NCBI GenBank assembly: GCA_048886185.1
Contig: JBHLKY010000007.1
Span: forward strand, 120,001 to 152,000
Length of the DNA stretch: 32,000 bases
Source: Candidatus Hermodarchaeota archaeon
GTDB taxonomy: Archaea; Asgardarchaeota; Heimdallarchaeia; Hodarchaeales; Hodarchaeaceae
Direction: 5' to 3'
Position numbers and translations under genes: made by a program. This document shows positions 9,472-17,753 of this stretch, piece by piece (positions within the stretch are counted from its first letter, which is position 1; every line of letters starts with the position of its first letter). The notes beneath the pieces are model-generated. The model saw only the letters and a list, made by a program, of their open reading frames with translations. It was not told the DNA's origin and did no database searches.

Positions 9472-10116
9472 TTATTCAAGACCTAGTAACTGTATAGCTA
9501 ATGTAACTGCAGCTACTGCATTTTCAGCATAACCATCTGCACGACACTCGTCTACCCACTTTGATGTAACAGGAGCACCTCCTAGCATTACCTTGAATTT
9601 ATTACGAATGCCCTGTTCTTCGAGTAACTCAATAATTTTCTTTTGTCCTATCATTGTAGTAGTCAGTAGAGCAGATACACCAATAAGATCAGCTTGCTGC
9701 TTTTCTGCCTCTGCGATAATGGTTTCAGCTTTCACATCTGCCCCTAGGTCAATTACATCAAATCCATTAGCTTTTAACATTGTGGAGACTATTGTTTTTC
9801 CAATGGTATGAATATCACCCTCAATTGTGGCCATAACAACCTTACCTTTCGTCTTTCTTTCCCCAGAACCTTCCATATGGGGCGTAATAATATCGACAGC
9901 TTCTTGCATCACTTGCGCACCTCGCATAAGTTCTGGAAGAAAGAATTCACCTGCATCCCATAAATCACCAACTTTTTTGATGCCATTACCAAAGCCTTTT
10001 TCAATTACTTCAAGCAATGGGAGGTTTTCGTCTAAAGCTTTTTGTGCAAGGCTTTTTGCTTTGTCCATATCAAGTTCCACAACACTATTAGCCATCTCTT
10101 CGTAGATTGGTTCCAT
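9472..10116 (-). CDS. Cobalamin-binding corrinoid protein (MttC/MtbC/MtgC type)
   Basis: Cap domain FFLPELMRGA, B12 motif DIHTIG (DxHxxG), SALLTTT and MLGGAP. ATG at 10116 is preferred over GTG at 10125 because an AGGTG SD lies just upstream of it. Confidence 0.92.
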   Translation of the reverse strand: MEPIYEEMANSVVELDMDKAKSLAQKALDENLPLLEVIEKGFGNGIKKVGDLWDAGEFFLPELMRGAQVMQEAVDIITPHMEGSGERKTKGKVVMATIEGDIHTIGKTIVSTMLKANGFDVIDLGADVKAETIIAEAEKQQADLIGVSALLTTTMIGQKKIIELLEEQGIRNKFKVMLGGAPVTSKWVDECRADGYAENAVAAVTLAIQLLGLE

Positions 10117-10253
10117 TCTAAACACCTTTTGAGCTAGGAAACAGAAATTTCTTTGCTAACATAAATTTAACACGAAATAAATTTAAATTATGACATTTAT
10201 TATTAGTTTTCATAATTTACCTTTTTAACAGTAAGTTTTAAGTAATAACTTTG

Positions 10254-11663
10254 CTAATGAAAACGTCTTTTAAATTCTTTCATCTGAATAACTTTAGAAG
10301 TCAATCGTGCCTCTTCTGCAGCAAAAGCCATCATATGGCTTTCTAGTGAAGATCTGGCACTAGTTAAAGGTTCTTCTAAACCGAATTGAATTGATTTAAT
10401 AAATGACCGAATCAGCCTTGGATCTCCTCCCCCATGCCCACTACCAGCATTTAAAAGTGTTTTTTGATCCATAATGATTTCTTCGGTTTCCTTAAGATGA
10501 TCATAGAGAACTATTTTCTCCTTTGTTGTAAGGAACTCTCCAATCAAAGTCCCTTTTGTCCCATCTATGCGAATTGTTCTCCCCTCTAAATGTGAACAAC
10601 CATGCATTGTGAAAGTAGCTGTGACTCCATTCTGAAATTCAATTATTGTAACTTGGTGATCAACAACATCATTCCCTGCAAAATAGACACACCGCCCGTA
10701 CGGTCCAGTTTGTAAAGCATCCCACTTTCCTTCTAAAGATAAGTTTTCTGTAATGGTAGAAACCGGCCATCCTTGATATTCATACACTTTTCGAAAAAGT
10801 GGTAAACTTTTAAGCTTTTTAAATAATTGCGGATGGTTAATCGCTATATTAGCAATAAATTTGACGTATCCAGAACCTGCCTCTTGTGCTATACGAAGAA
10901 GGGGAACAATATCAATGTAAATCCGTGGGGCAAAGTATTCACAGCAATTAGCTACAGAACATCCATCTAAACATCGTTTTGTGGCTCCGTGAGGTGCTTT
11001 TTCCTCCTTAAAATGCTTTAAACTTCCAAAAGAACTAATTGATTTAGGAAAACTTCCTGCTATCCAGTATAGAAGGTCTAAATCATGTACACTCTTCGTG
11101 AGTATCATCGGACTGGATTTAGACAAATTAGCCCAATTTCCTCTAACAAAGGAATGACTCATATGCCAATATGAGACGTTTTCACAATGATCGATGGTAA
11201 TGATGTCCCCAATTTTACCTAATTGGATTATTTCATGAATTTTTTTGAAAAAGGGGGCATATCGTAATACTTGTGCTATACATAATTGTGACTTGACTTC
11301 ATCAGATTTCTGTACTAGCTGGATACACTCTTCAGGTTGGGTAGCCATGGGTTTCTCTAATAATACTTGATAACCTAAGGCTAACGCTTGTAAGGTTGGA
11401 GCGGTGTGCATTTGGTCTTGAGTACAAATGATTGCTGCATCTGCGAGTTTTGATTTTAAACCCTCTTCCCATGTTCTGAATTGATGAGTGGAAGGAATAG
11501 CGTGTGCTTGAGCAAAAATTTTTCTTCTAATGGGATGGGGTTCAGCAACAGCTATGATTTTCAATTCGTGAGGATGATCTAGAGCATATTGTCCATATAC
11601 ATCTTTCCCACGATTCCCAGCTCCAATCACTATCGCTGTTAAGCATTCTTCTGAATCAGCCAA
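10254..11663 (-). CDS. Gfo/Idh/MocA family oxidoreductase
   Basis: Rossmann motif IGAGNRG, LLEKP, HDLDL, Cys-rich insert CLDGC...CCEY, and C-terminal GHGGGD. AAGGAG SD before a TTG start. Confidence 0.88.
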   Translation of the reverse strand: MADSEECLTAIVIGAGNRGKDVYGQYALDHPHELKIIAVAEPHPIRRKIFAQAHAIPSTHQFRTWEEGLKSKLADAAIICTQDQMHTAPTLQALALGYQVLLEKPMATQPEECIQLVQKSDEVKSQLCIAQVLRYAPFFKKIHEIIQLGKIGDIITIDHCENVSYWHMSHSFVRGNWANLSKSSPMILTKSVHDLDLLYWIAGSFPKSISSFGSLKHFKEEKAPHGATKRCLDGCSVANCCEYFAPRIYIDIVPLLRIAQEAGSGYVKFIANIAINHPQLFKKLKSLPLFRKVYEYQGWPVSTITENLSLEGKWDALQTGPYGRCVYFAGNDVVDHQVTIIEFQNGVTATFTMHGCSHLEGRTIRIDGTKGTLIGEFLTTKEKIVLYDHLKETEEIIMDQKTLLNAGSGHGGGDPRLIRSFIKSIQFGLEEPLTSARSSLESHMMAFAAEEARLTSKVIQMKEFKRRFH

Positions 11664-11974
11664 TACTATCTTCTCCTTAAATTGACAGTTATCATCATTA
11701 TAGAAAAATGAAAAAAACTTATGTTAAAAATCAATTCTTACTTTAAAATTTCAAAATATGAAGAATGAAATGTTTGAAGCTATTAAGACAAAAAATAACA
11801 TACTATATTCCACTAGGCTCTAAATGTAAATTTTTGTCCTTTACTTTTGAAAAAACTTCTAATTTATATAGGTAGGGCACCATTGATTCTGGTTATTTTA
11901 ACTTTCATAAACTTTTTATAATATTTTAAGTCAATTCTGGTTGTATTTCAGGATACAGAAGTTACGAGATAAGA

Positions 11975-12199
11975 ATGCAAGAACTAAAACATGTAATATC
12001 GAAACTAACGATTTGCATCATATTATGTATTCTCTTCTTTATAGACACTGTAAATGCTCATATAACAGGTACTTTTAGATTTTCTGGTGATTACATGATG
12101 ACCCTAATTGCATTTGGAGGAATAATGTATTATCTCATTCATTTTATTATAATGATAAAAAGACAAAACTTCTCGAAGAATCAAAAAAATATGTTATGA
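11975..12199 (+). CDS. Small hypothetical membrane protein (signal-peptide-like N-terminus plus one TM)
   Basis: 74 aa ATG ORF. A hydrophobic stretch ends in VNA/H, a second hydrophobic stretch follows, then a basic tail. It lies in AT-rich DNA and I recognise no family. Confidence 0.35.
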   Translation: MQELKHVISKLTICIILCILFFIDTVNAHITGTFRFSGDYMMTLIAFGGIMYYLIHFIIMIKRQNFSKNQKNML

Positions 12200-12735
12200 A
12201 AAACATATTAACTGGATTTCTATAAAGGAATCTTGATTTTTCCGACTAATTTGATGAATAATGGTTTCTGAATTATTTGAACCAGCTGAAAAGATACTTA
12301 AGGTAATTTTATCCTACACGGGGACTATTTTATGCCCTAAACAGTATCATTTTGTTATTGCGGTATAACATAAGTACCAAAAGTGTATTTAAATCTACCT
12401 TGAGCCTTTATAATTTTATAAATCCAAAATCATTTGGATTAACATCATAAGAACTAATTGTATCACTACAACAACTTGGAATCACTCCTAATAAAATCAT
12501 GAACAATATAATACCAGAGAAAGCCCAGATCAACGTATAGATTTACAACTCACGTTAATCACGATTGATCATAACAAATCAGACTAAATATTTTCAGAAT
12601 AAGGTATTTATTCTTACATCTACAGAAGTCTATAGGTTTTTAGTTGATAGAATATAATTAGGATCCTCTTATTACCTTAGAATATTGAGATAAAGCTAAA
12701 CTTTCTTCAATTACATTTTTATAATAATTTTAAAC

Positions 12736-13185
12736 CTATTGATTGATATTAACTTCGTAAGTTACTTTTGGTTTAATGTTTTTTCCAATCACACAGTATT
12801 TTGGGATTAATTCACACGCTCTCTCTAAAAGAAAACTTTCACCATGAATATTAATTAAACATTTTATTACAGAGAAAAAGAAATCGTTATTTTCCTTATT
12901 AAATTCAAGTGTGGCTTTAGTTGTGACTGAAAGACTTTTTGGAGTAGTATGGAGGCTATCACATAAATGGAGGATTGTAGTCAAAGTGCAAGTTGCAATA
13001 GCAGAAAGAAATAAATCCTCTGGAGACGGTTGGTCATTACCTCCAAAGACTGGAGGACAACTAAAGGGTACAGGCTTTTTCCAATTTGTTGTGACGAAAA
13101 ATCCTTCTTTCTTTTTCTCCCATATTGCTATTGTCTGCACGTCCAAATTTTTAATATTTGATTTGAGCATAATTGATATTTCCAT
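12736..13185 (-). CDS. OsmC/Ohr family protein
   Basis: 149 aa. PSPEDLFLSAIATC (first Cys) and KYCVIG (second Cys). Confidence 0.8.
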   Translation of the reverse strand: MEISIMLKSNIKNLDVQTIAIWEKKKEGFFVTTNWKKPVPFSCPPVFGGNDQPSPEDLFLSAIATCTLTTILHLCDSLHTTPKSLSVTTKATLEFNKENNDFFFSVIKCLINIHGESFLLERACELIPKYCVIGKNIKPKVTYEVNINQ

Positions 13186-13339
13186 TTGAATGTTAATAAA
13201 CGACCCTACAATCTTGACAGAATATTAGTATTATGTTCAATAGTTAAATGTGTTTTATTTCTGTTTTGAGTTTCTACCGAGTAAAATCCTATAAATTAAA
13301 AATCAATTAAGTGAAAGAACATTTAAGGAATGGATAACA

Positions 13340-14155
13340 GTGAAGGAAAATTTTTCTTTGAATTCTGTTACCAATGAAAATTGTTTGCAGTTCATTCAGA
13401 AATTACCTGATAAGTCTATTGATATCGTACTTACAGATCCACCTTACGCCATATCTTCGGGTAATAAGTTGTCAATGAGAAATATTAAAAAACAAAAGGG
13501 ATTTGGTGGAGATTGGAACATTATTAATGAAAAATGGGATATTTTTTCATTTCAGGATTATTGCAGATTGATAGAAAATATGTTGAAAGAAACGTACAGG
13601 GTTTTAAAACCAACAGGAACAGTATTTATCTGTGGAACTTACCATAATATAGGAATTATTAACTATTTTGCTCTTAAAACTACTTATAATATTATCAATG
13701 AAATTATCTGGTTTAAGAGGAACGCTTTTCCAAATTTATCCCAAAAATGTATGACCGCTTCTCACGAGAACATTTTATGGTTAAGTAAATCAGATTCTTG
13801 GAATTATAATTATGAAGCCATAAAAGAAACAAGTTATCATTTTGATAAGATAAAAGAATCTGATAAGCAATTACGGTCCGTATGGGATATTCCAAATAAT
13901 AAAGAGAAGGATGAGCTATTATATCGGACGGTTTTTACAGATCAATCATATTGGATTAAATCCCAAAAACCTCTTAGACTCATTGATAGATGCATAGAAC
14001 TGGCTTCCCAACCCGGAGATATTATCGCAGATTGGTTTAGTGGGTCAGGGACAACCCTAGTTTCAGCCTCAAATCATTCTTTATCCTTTATTGGATGTGA
14101 AATCAACCCCAAATATGTTGAAGTAATCCGTTGGCGATTAGAAAGAGGAATTTAA
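13340..14155 (+). CDS. Orphan beta-class amino-DNA methyltransferase (probably N6-adenine; DpnA/M.HinfI-like)
   Basis: Motif IV DPPY precedes motif I DWFSGSGTT (beta order). Also GTYHNI, PNL...SHENILW, QLRSVW and QKP. No restriction endonuclease next to it. Confidence 0.85.
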   Translation: MKENFSLNSVTNENCLQFIQKLPDKSIDIVLTDPPYAISSGNKLSMRNIKKQKGFGGDWNIINEKWDIFSFQDYCRLIENMLKETYRVLKPTGTVFICGTYHNIGIINYFALKTTYNIINEIIWFKRNAFPNLSQKCMTASHENILWLSKSDSWNYNYEAIKETSYHFDKIKESDKQLRSVWDIPNNKEKDELLYRTVFTDQSYWIKSQKPLRLIDRCIELASQPGDIIADWFSGSGTTLVSASNHSLSFIGCEINPKYVEVIRWRLERGI

Positions 14156-14272
14156 GGTTTTTTAATTAAAACTGATTTACTTGATTTTTTATCTTTGATT
14201 TCATTATATTTAACTTACAGATATTAACTCTCTTCTATTTCTATTATTTTGGATCCTTTTGTATATTACTTT

Positions 14273-15055
14273 TTATCTAGCGACATTTAGAATCGTTTCT
14301 CTCATTAATAATGGAAGAAGACCACTTAGAAGATAAACTGGGGTAAGGGGAATATAAAGAAGAATGATAAATGAATCACGATCAATGGAAGGTATGTTAA
14401 TTGTTAGAAGAGCTAAGCTGATGAAAAAAATCATTTCTACAATAAGAAAATAAGAAATCTGTTTCAATTTTTGTGGCCAGGAATAAATAATAAAGTTTTT
14501 TGAACCCAATTTCAGCTCTATTGTCTGATCTACCTTATGTTTGCTTGCAAAGTGAGCGAAAACTAAAAAATAAACTAATTCAAAGTGGCCATCTAATGTA
14601 CCGATTATTTTAGCCAACAGTGAGTTATAAATAGGACTAAGGTCTTCATATGTGAAAGAAAGGATGATCGTTCGTTCGCCTAATGGCTGAAATGGCCATA
14701 AGAGAGTTACTCCATCAAAATAAACCATATCTAGCGCCACATGAATAAACATTCCAGCTGTTAATCCCACAATAAATGGATAATATATGATTGAAGCCGA
14801 TTTAAAATAAAAATTTGTCAGATAGCCAGTAATAAGGATTATGGCTATTATCACAAGACTGTGGGTCACTGAACGATGGAATGCAATTGCCATCTCTTTT
14901 TCAGCGGTAAGAAGGAAGATTAAGACACTACCTAGAAGGTCAAGATCAGGTATGACAGAACCCGCTACTAGCCCAATTTTAAGATATTTATGATTCTCTC
15001 CTAGTCTGCTTGCCAAAAATAATCCTAACAGACCATGAAAACCTGTCGGAGCCAT
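14273..15055 (-). CDS. Membrane-bound metal-dependent hydrolase (YdjM/DUF457 type)
   Basis: N-terminal His, then IPDLD, HRSVTHS and HVALD motifs among TM segments. Confidence 0.8.
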   Translation of the reverse strand: MAPTGFHGLLGLFLASRLGENHKYLKIGLVAGSVIPDLDLLGSVLIFLLTAEKEMAIAFHRSVTHSLVIIAIILITGYLTNFYFKSASIIYYPFIVGLTAGMFIHVALDMVYFDGVTLLWPFQPLGERTIILSFTYEDLSPIYNSLLAKIIGTLDGHFELVYFLVFAHFASKHKVDQTIELKLGSKNFIIYSWPQKLKQISYFLIVEMIFFISLALLTINIPSIDRDSFIILLYIPLTPVYLLSGLLPLLMRETILNVAR

Positions 15056-15218
15056 AAAAGTATTTCTTCCTTTGTTTTATACCATTAAATTTCAAATCTT
15101 ATTGTAAAGTAACTACGGAAACTTTTACTGGTAACTCTTTAATTAAACGCGATATCCTAATTATCTAACTCACCTTAAAATCAGGAGCTTGAAAGGGTAA
15201 AATTTGGAGAAAGATTAA

Positions 15219-15974
15219 GTGACTATTAGAGCAACTGGTAGAATAACACGCGTTTTAAAACAAGCAATGCCACACGGTTTTAGGGGAGTCTATAAAATTA
15301 ACATTGTTGGCTCAACGGGGGCTGGAAAGACTGAGTTTCTGCGATATTTATTAAAAGATCTATTTGAACCCAGTACAGAAGCACCAAGACGTTCAAAAAC
15401 CGAAAATACGGTAGATTCAACACACACTTGGTTTCATATTGGTCCTCAGAGCAAACAATCGACGACAACTATAGCTTTAAACCCAGTAGGGATTTTATTA
15501 GTGCGGACCTTATTTAACTCCATTGAATTCCATCCAGTTAATAAAGTTGACGAATTGCTTTTGCGTGATGACATTGAAGAAATATGGCAGTTAATATTCT
15601 TTGATAATGCTGGTCAAGAAAGATTTGACTTTATGCCACAAATCACAATGCGTGGTGCTGATGCGGTAATAGTTCTAGCAGATGGAACCAATATGGCTAG
15701 TATAGAAAAGATTTCATATTTTTTAGAACTTATACAAGATGAAGAGTACAGAGCAAGTGGTGGATTAATTCGGATCCCCGTTTTTATTCTTTTAAATAAG
15801 AAAGATTTAATTGAGTACGGTTGTTTTATTGGCCTTAAAAGTGTTCGGCATATGATCGGTTCCTCTGATGAATATGATTTTTATGAAACATCAATGAAAA
15901 CTGGAGATGGAGTTGATGATACAATTAGATCACTGATCTCCCGCCTTCATGAAAAAGCTATTGAAAAGAGATAA
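15219..15974 (+). CDS. Ras-superfamily small GTPase with insertions
   Basis: G1 GSTGAGKT (31-38), probable G2 in STTTIALN, G3 DNAGQERF, G4 NKKD, G5 ETSMK. Confidence 0.88.
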   Translation: MTIRATGRITRVLKQAMPHGFRGVYKINIVGSTGAGKTEFLRYLLKDLFEPSTEAPRRSKTENTVDSTHTWFHIGPQSKQSTTTIALNPVGILLVRTLFNSIEFHPVNKVDELLLRDDIEEIWQLIFFDNAGQERFDFMPQITMRGADAVIVLADGTNMASIEKISYFLELIQDEEYRASGGLIRIPVFILLNKKDLIEYGCFIGLKSVRHMIGSSDEYDFYETSMKTGDGVDDTIRSLISRLHEKAIEKR

Positions 15975-15991
15975 TATTCCCATCGTAGGAT

Positions 15992-16288
15992 TTATTCTTT
16001 TCTTAATGCCTCTACTGTATCTAATTTCGCTGCTCTCTCGAAGGGATAAAATCCTGCTACCATTATATTTCCTTCTTTAGGATTATCCAAAGTTCCTAAA
16101 CAGTTAAGTAATGTATTTTTTCCTGATCCTGAAAATCCCATTACTACAATACAGTCTTCTTTTTTCACCAGTAACTCTACACCTTGAAGTGCATTCACCA
16201 TCACTCCTTCTCCTAAATTGTATGTTTTTCGTAGGTTAGTGATTTCAATTGTGAAGTCAGTTTTCTTTTTGTGGAAGGATTCACCAAT
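15992..16288 (-). pseudogene. Truncated ABC-transporter ATPase remnant (LolD/MacB-like)
   Basis: The frame reads IEITNLRKTYNLG...NALQGVEL...VMGFSGSGKNTLLNCLGTLDNP (degenerate Walker A), then stops without the signature motif or Walker B. An AAGGGG SD sits 8 nt before an ATT at 16288, possibly a decayed start codon. Confidence 0.75.
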
Positions 16289-16309
16289 AAAATGTTCCCC
16301 TTCTTGATT

Positions 16310-16686
16310 TTATTGGTGGAATATGCTTATTAGTGCAGAAATCATAATACTTACTAAAAGAAATAGTAAAATTAGTGTTGGAATGAAAAATGAGACCTTT
16401 AGGTTATTTAAAAGAGCAACACATTGAAGAAATCTCTCTGCTAGAATAACCATTAATGCTAATATGATATTCATTCTTGAATCAGTTAAAATACCTAGTA
16501 ACCCCAAAATCCCATAAAAAACCATTATAATGGGAATAACGGCCGAAATTGGATATTGAAGGATATTAACAGCTGATTTGAATAATCCAAATCTCTCTGC
16601 AAGTGAAAAAAGAGTCAGCTTAAGAATAAGATAACTGAGATATCTTCAAAATCAGAAATCGAATCTGAAAATTGATTAATAGTCAT
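16310..16686 (-). pseudogene. Eroded remnant, probably the C-terminus of an FtsX/MacB-type ABC permease
   Basis: A hydrophobic frame is open from 16645 to 16310 with no start codon at its 5' end. AERFGLFKS resembles the permease ERxxExGxxK(S/A) motif. A short upstream frame (16686-16615) suggests a frameshift. It lies directly upstream of the ATPase remnant. Confidence 0.45.
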
Positions 16687-16755
16687 CTTCTATTCTATAT
16701 CAAAATCTATCAGTTCTTATTCCTTTCATTAGGCTCTTCATTGATGATCTATTTG

Positions 16756-17736
16756 TCATTTATTCTTATAACGGGGATTTTCTGCTTCAAAAATTATTCG
16801 TTCTATTGTTTTATCAAGGTGATAATTCTCAGGGTAGATTTTGGAATTTTTTGAAGGAGTTGCTTTTTTACCAACTTGTCGTGAAAAGGTAAATTTTGTA
16901 ATATCTTCTCCTGTTTTATCTACATACCGTCGTAGTGTTTTAAGGTTTGGAAAGTTATCATTTTCATCAGGAACACCATTTAGACGATGATTAGCTATAT
17001 CCACATACTTTTTGACTATCTCACATCCAATAAAACGTCGATTATTATTTTTAGCTACAACTGCAGTAGTACCAGATCCTATGAACGGATCTAGAACAAT
17101 GTCATTTAATTCAGTTGTCGAAAGAATAATACGTGTAACTAAATCTTCAGGAAACTGACATGGATGTTCTGTCTGTTCTTCGTGGTTGTGTTTGACATTT
17201 CTAAAAGCCCAAACGTCTCCTGGGTTCTTTCCACGAGGGTCACTAGTAAATTTGCCGTAGTCCATACCTTGGCGATAATTCTTCTTTTTAGGATAAATTT
17301 GTGGCACACGAATGTCATCTAGGAAGAACTTATAGTTATCAGATTTGGAAAACCAAAGAATTGTTTCGTGACGGTTCGAAAATTTATGTTTCGCATGCGT
17401 TCCATGCTGACGAATCCAGATTATTCTATTCCTTGGAATGAAACCTAATTTAACAAAAATTGGAAAAATAACTGCATCCCATGGGAAATGAGCTCCATTG
17501 TTTCCAACATATGTTCCAACTTGATAGAAAATGGATCCTGTGATCTTAAGTATACGCCAACATTCAGTTAAAACCTTATTAGACCACTCTAAGTATTGGT
17601 TTAAAGTTGTTTTTTTCTCATACTCTTTACCTATTCCATAAGGGGGAGAAGTGACAATCAGATCAATAGTTTCTTCTGAAAGTTTTTTAGAGAATTCAAT
17701 AAAGTCCTCATTATAGATTCTATTGTATTTAATCAT
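16756..17736 (-). CDS. Orphan beta-class amino-DNA methyltransferase (SPPY type, probably N4-cytosine)
   Basis: TSPPY, RHETILWF, KNPGDVW, HPCQFP and DPFIGSGTT, plus an approximately 70-aa C-terminal extension. It starts 17 bp after the gltX stop, with a GAGGT SD. Confidence 0.87.
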   Translation of the reverse strand: MIKYNRIYNEDFIEFSKKLSEETIDLIVTSPPYGIGKEYEKKTTLNQYLEWSNKVLTECWRILKITGSIFYQVGTYVGNNGAHFPWDAVIFPIFVKLGFIPRNRIIWIRQHGTHAKHKFSNRHETILWFSKSDNYKFFLDDIRVPQIYPKKKNYRQGMDYGKFTSDPRGKNPGDVWAFRNVKHNHEEQTEHPCQFPEDLVTRIILSTTELNDIVLDPFIGSGTTAVVAKNNNRRFIGCEIVKKYVDIANHRLNGVPDENDNFPNLKTLRRYVDKTGEDITKFTFSRQVGKKATPSKNSKIYPENYHLDKTIERIIFEAENPRYKNK

Positions 17737-17753
17737 AAGAAGATATAACCTCG

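Noticed and set aside
7114-10116. Methylotrophic methanogenesis
   Set aside because: No mcr, MtbA-type CoM methyltransferase or mtr genes are in the window. MttB and corrinoid proteins alone do not imply methanogenesis.
10117-10253. Cobalamin riboswitch upstream of the corrinoid gene; direct repeat ATAAATTTAA at 10171 and 10187
   Set aside because: No B12-box features are visible, and the repeat is pure A/T in an AT-rich promoter, so it is likely chance.
13340-17736. Complete restriction-modification system or mobile element
   Set aside because: I found no endonuclease, specificity subunit, integrase, transposase or terminal repeats near either methyltransferase.
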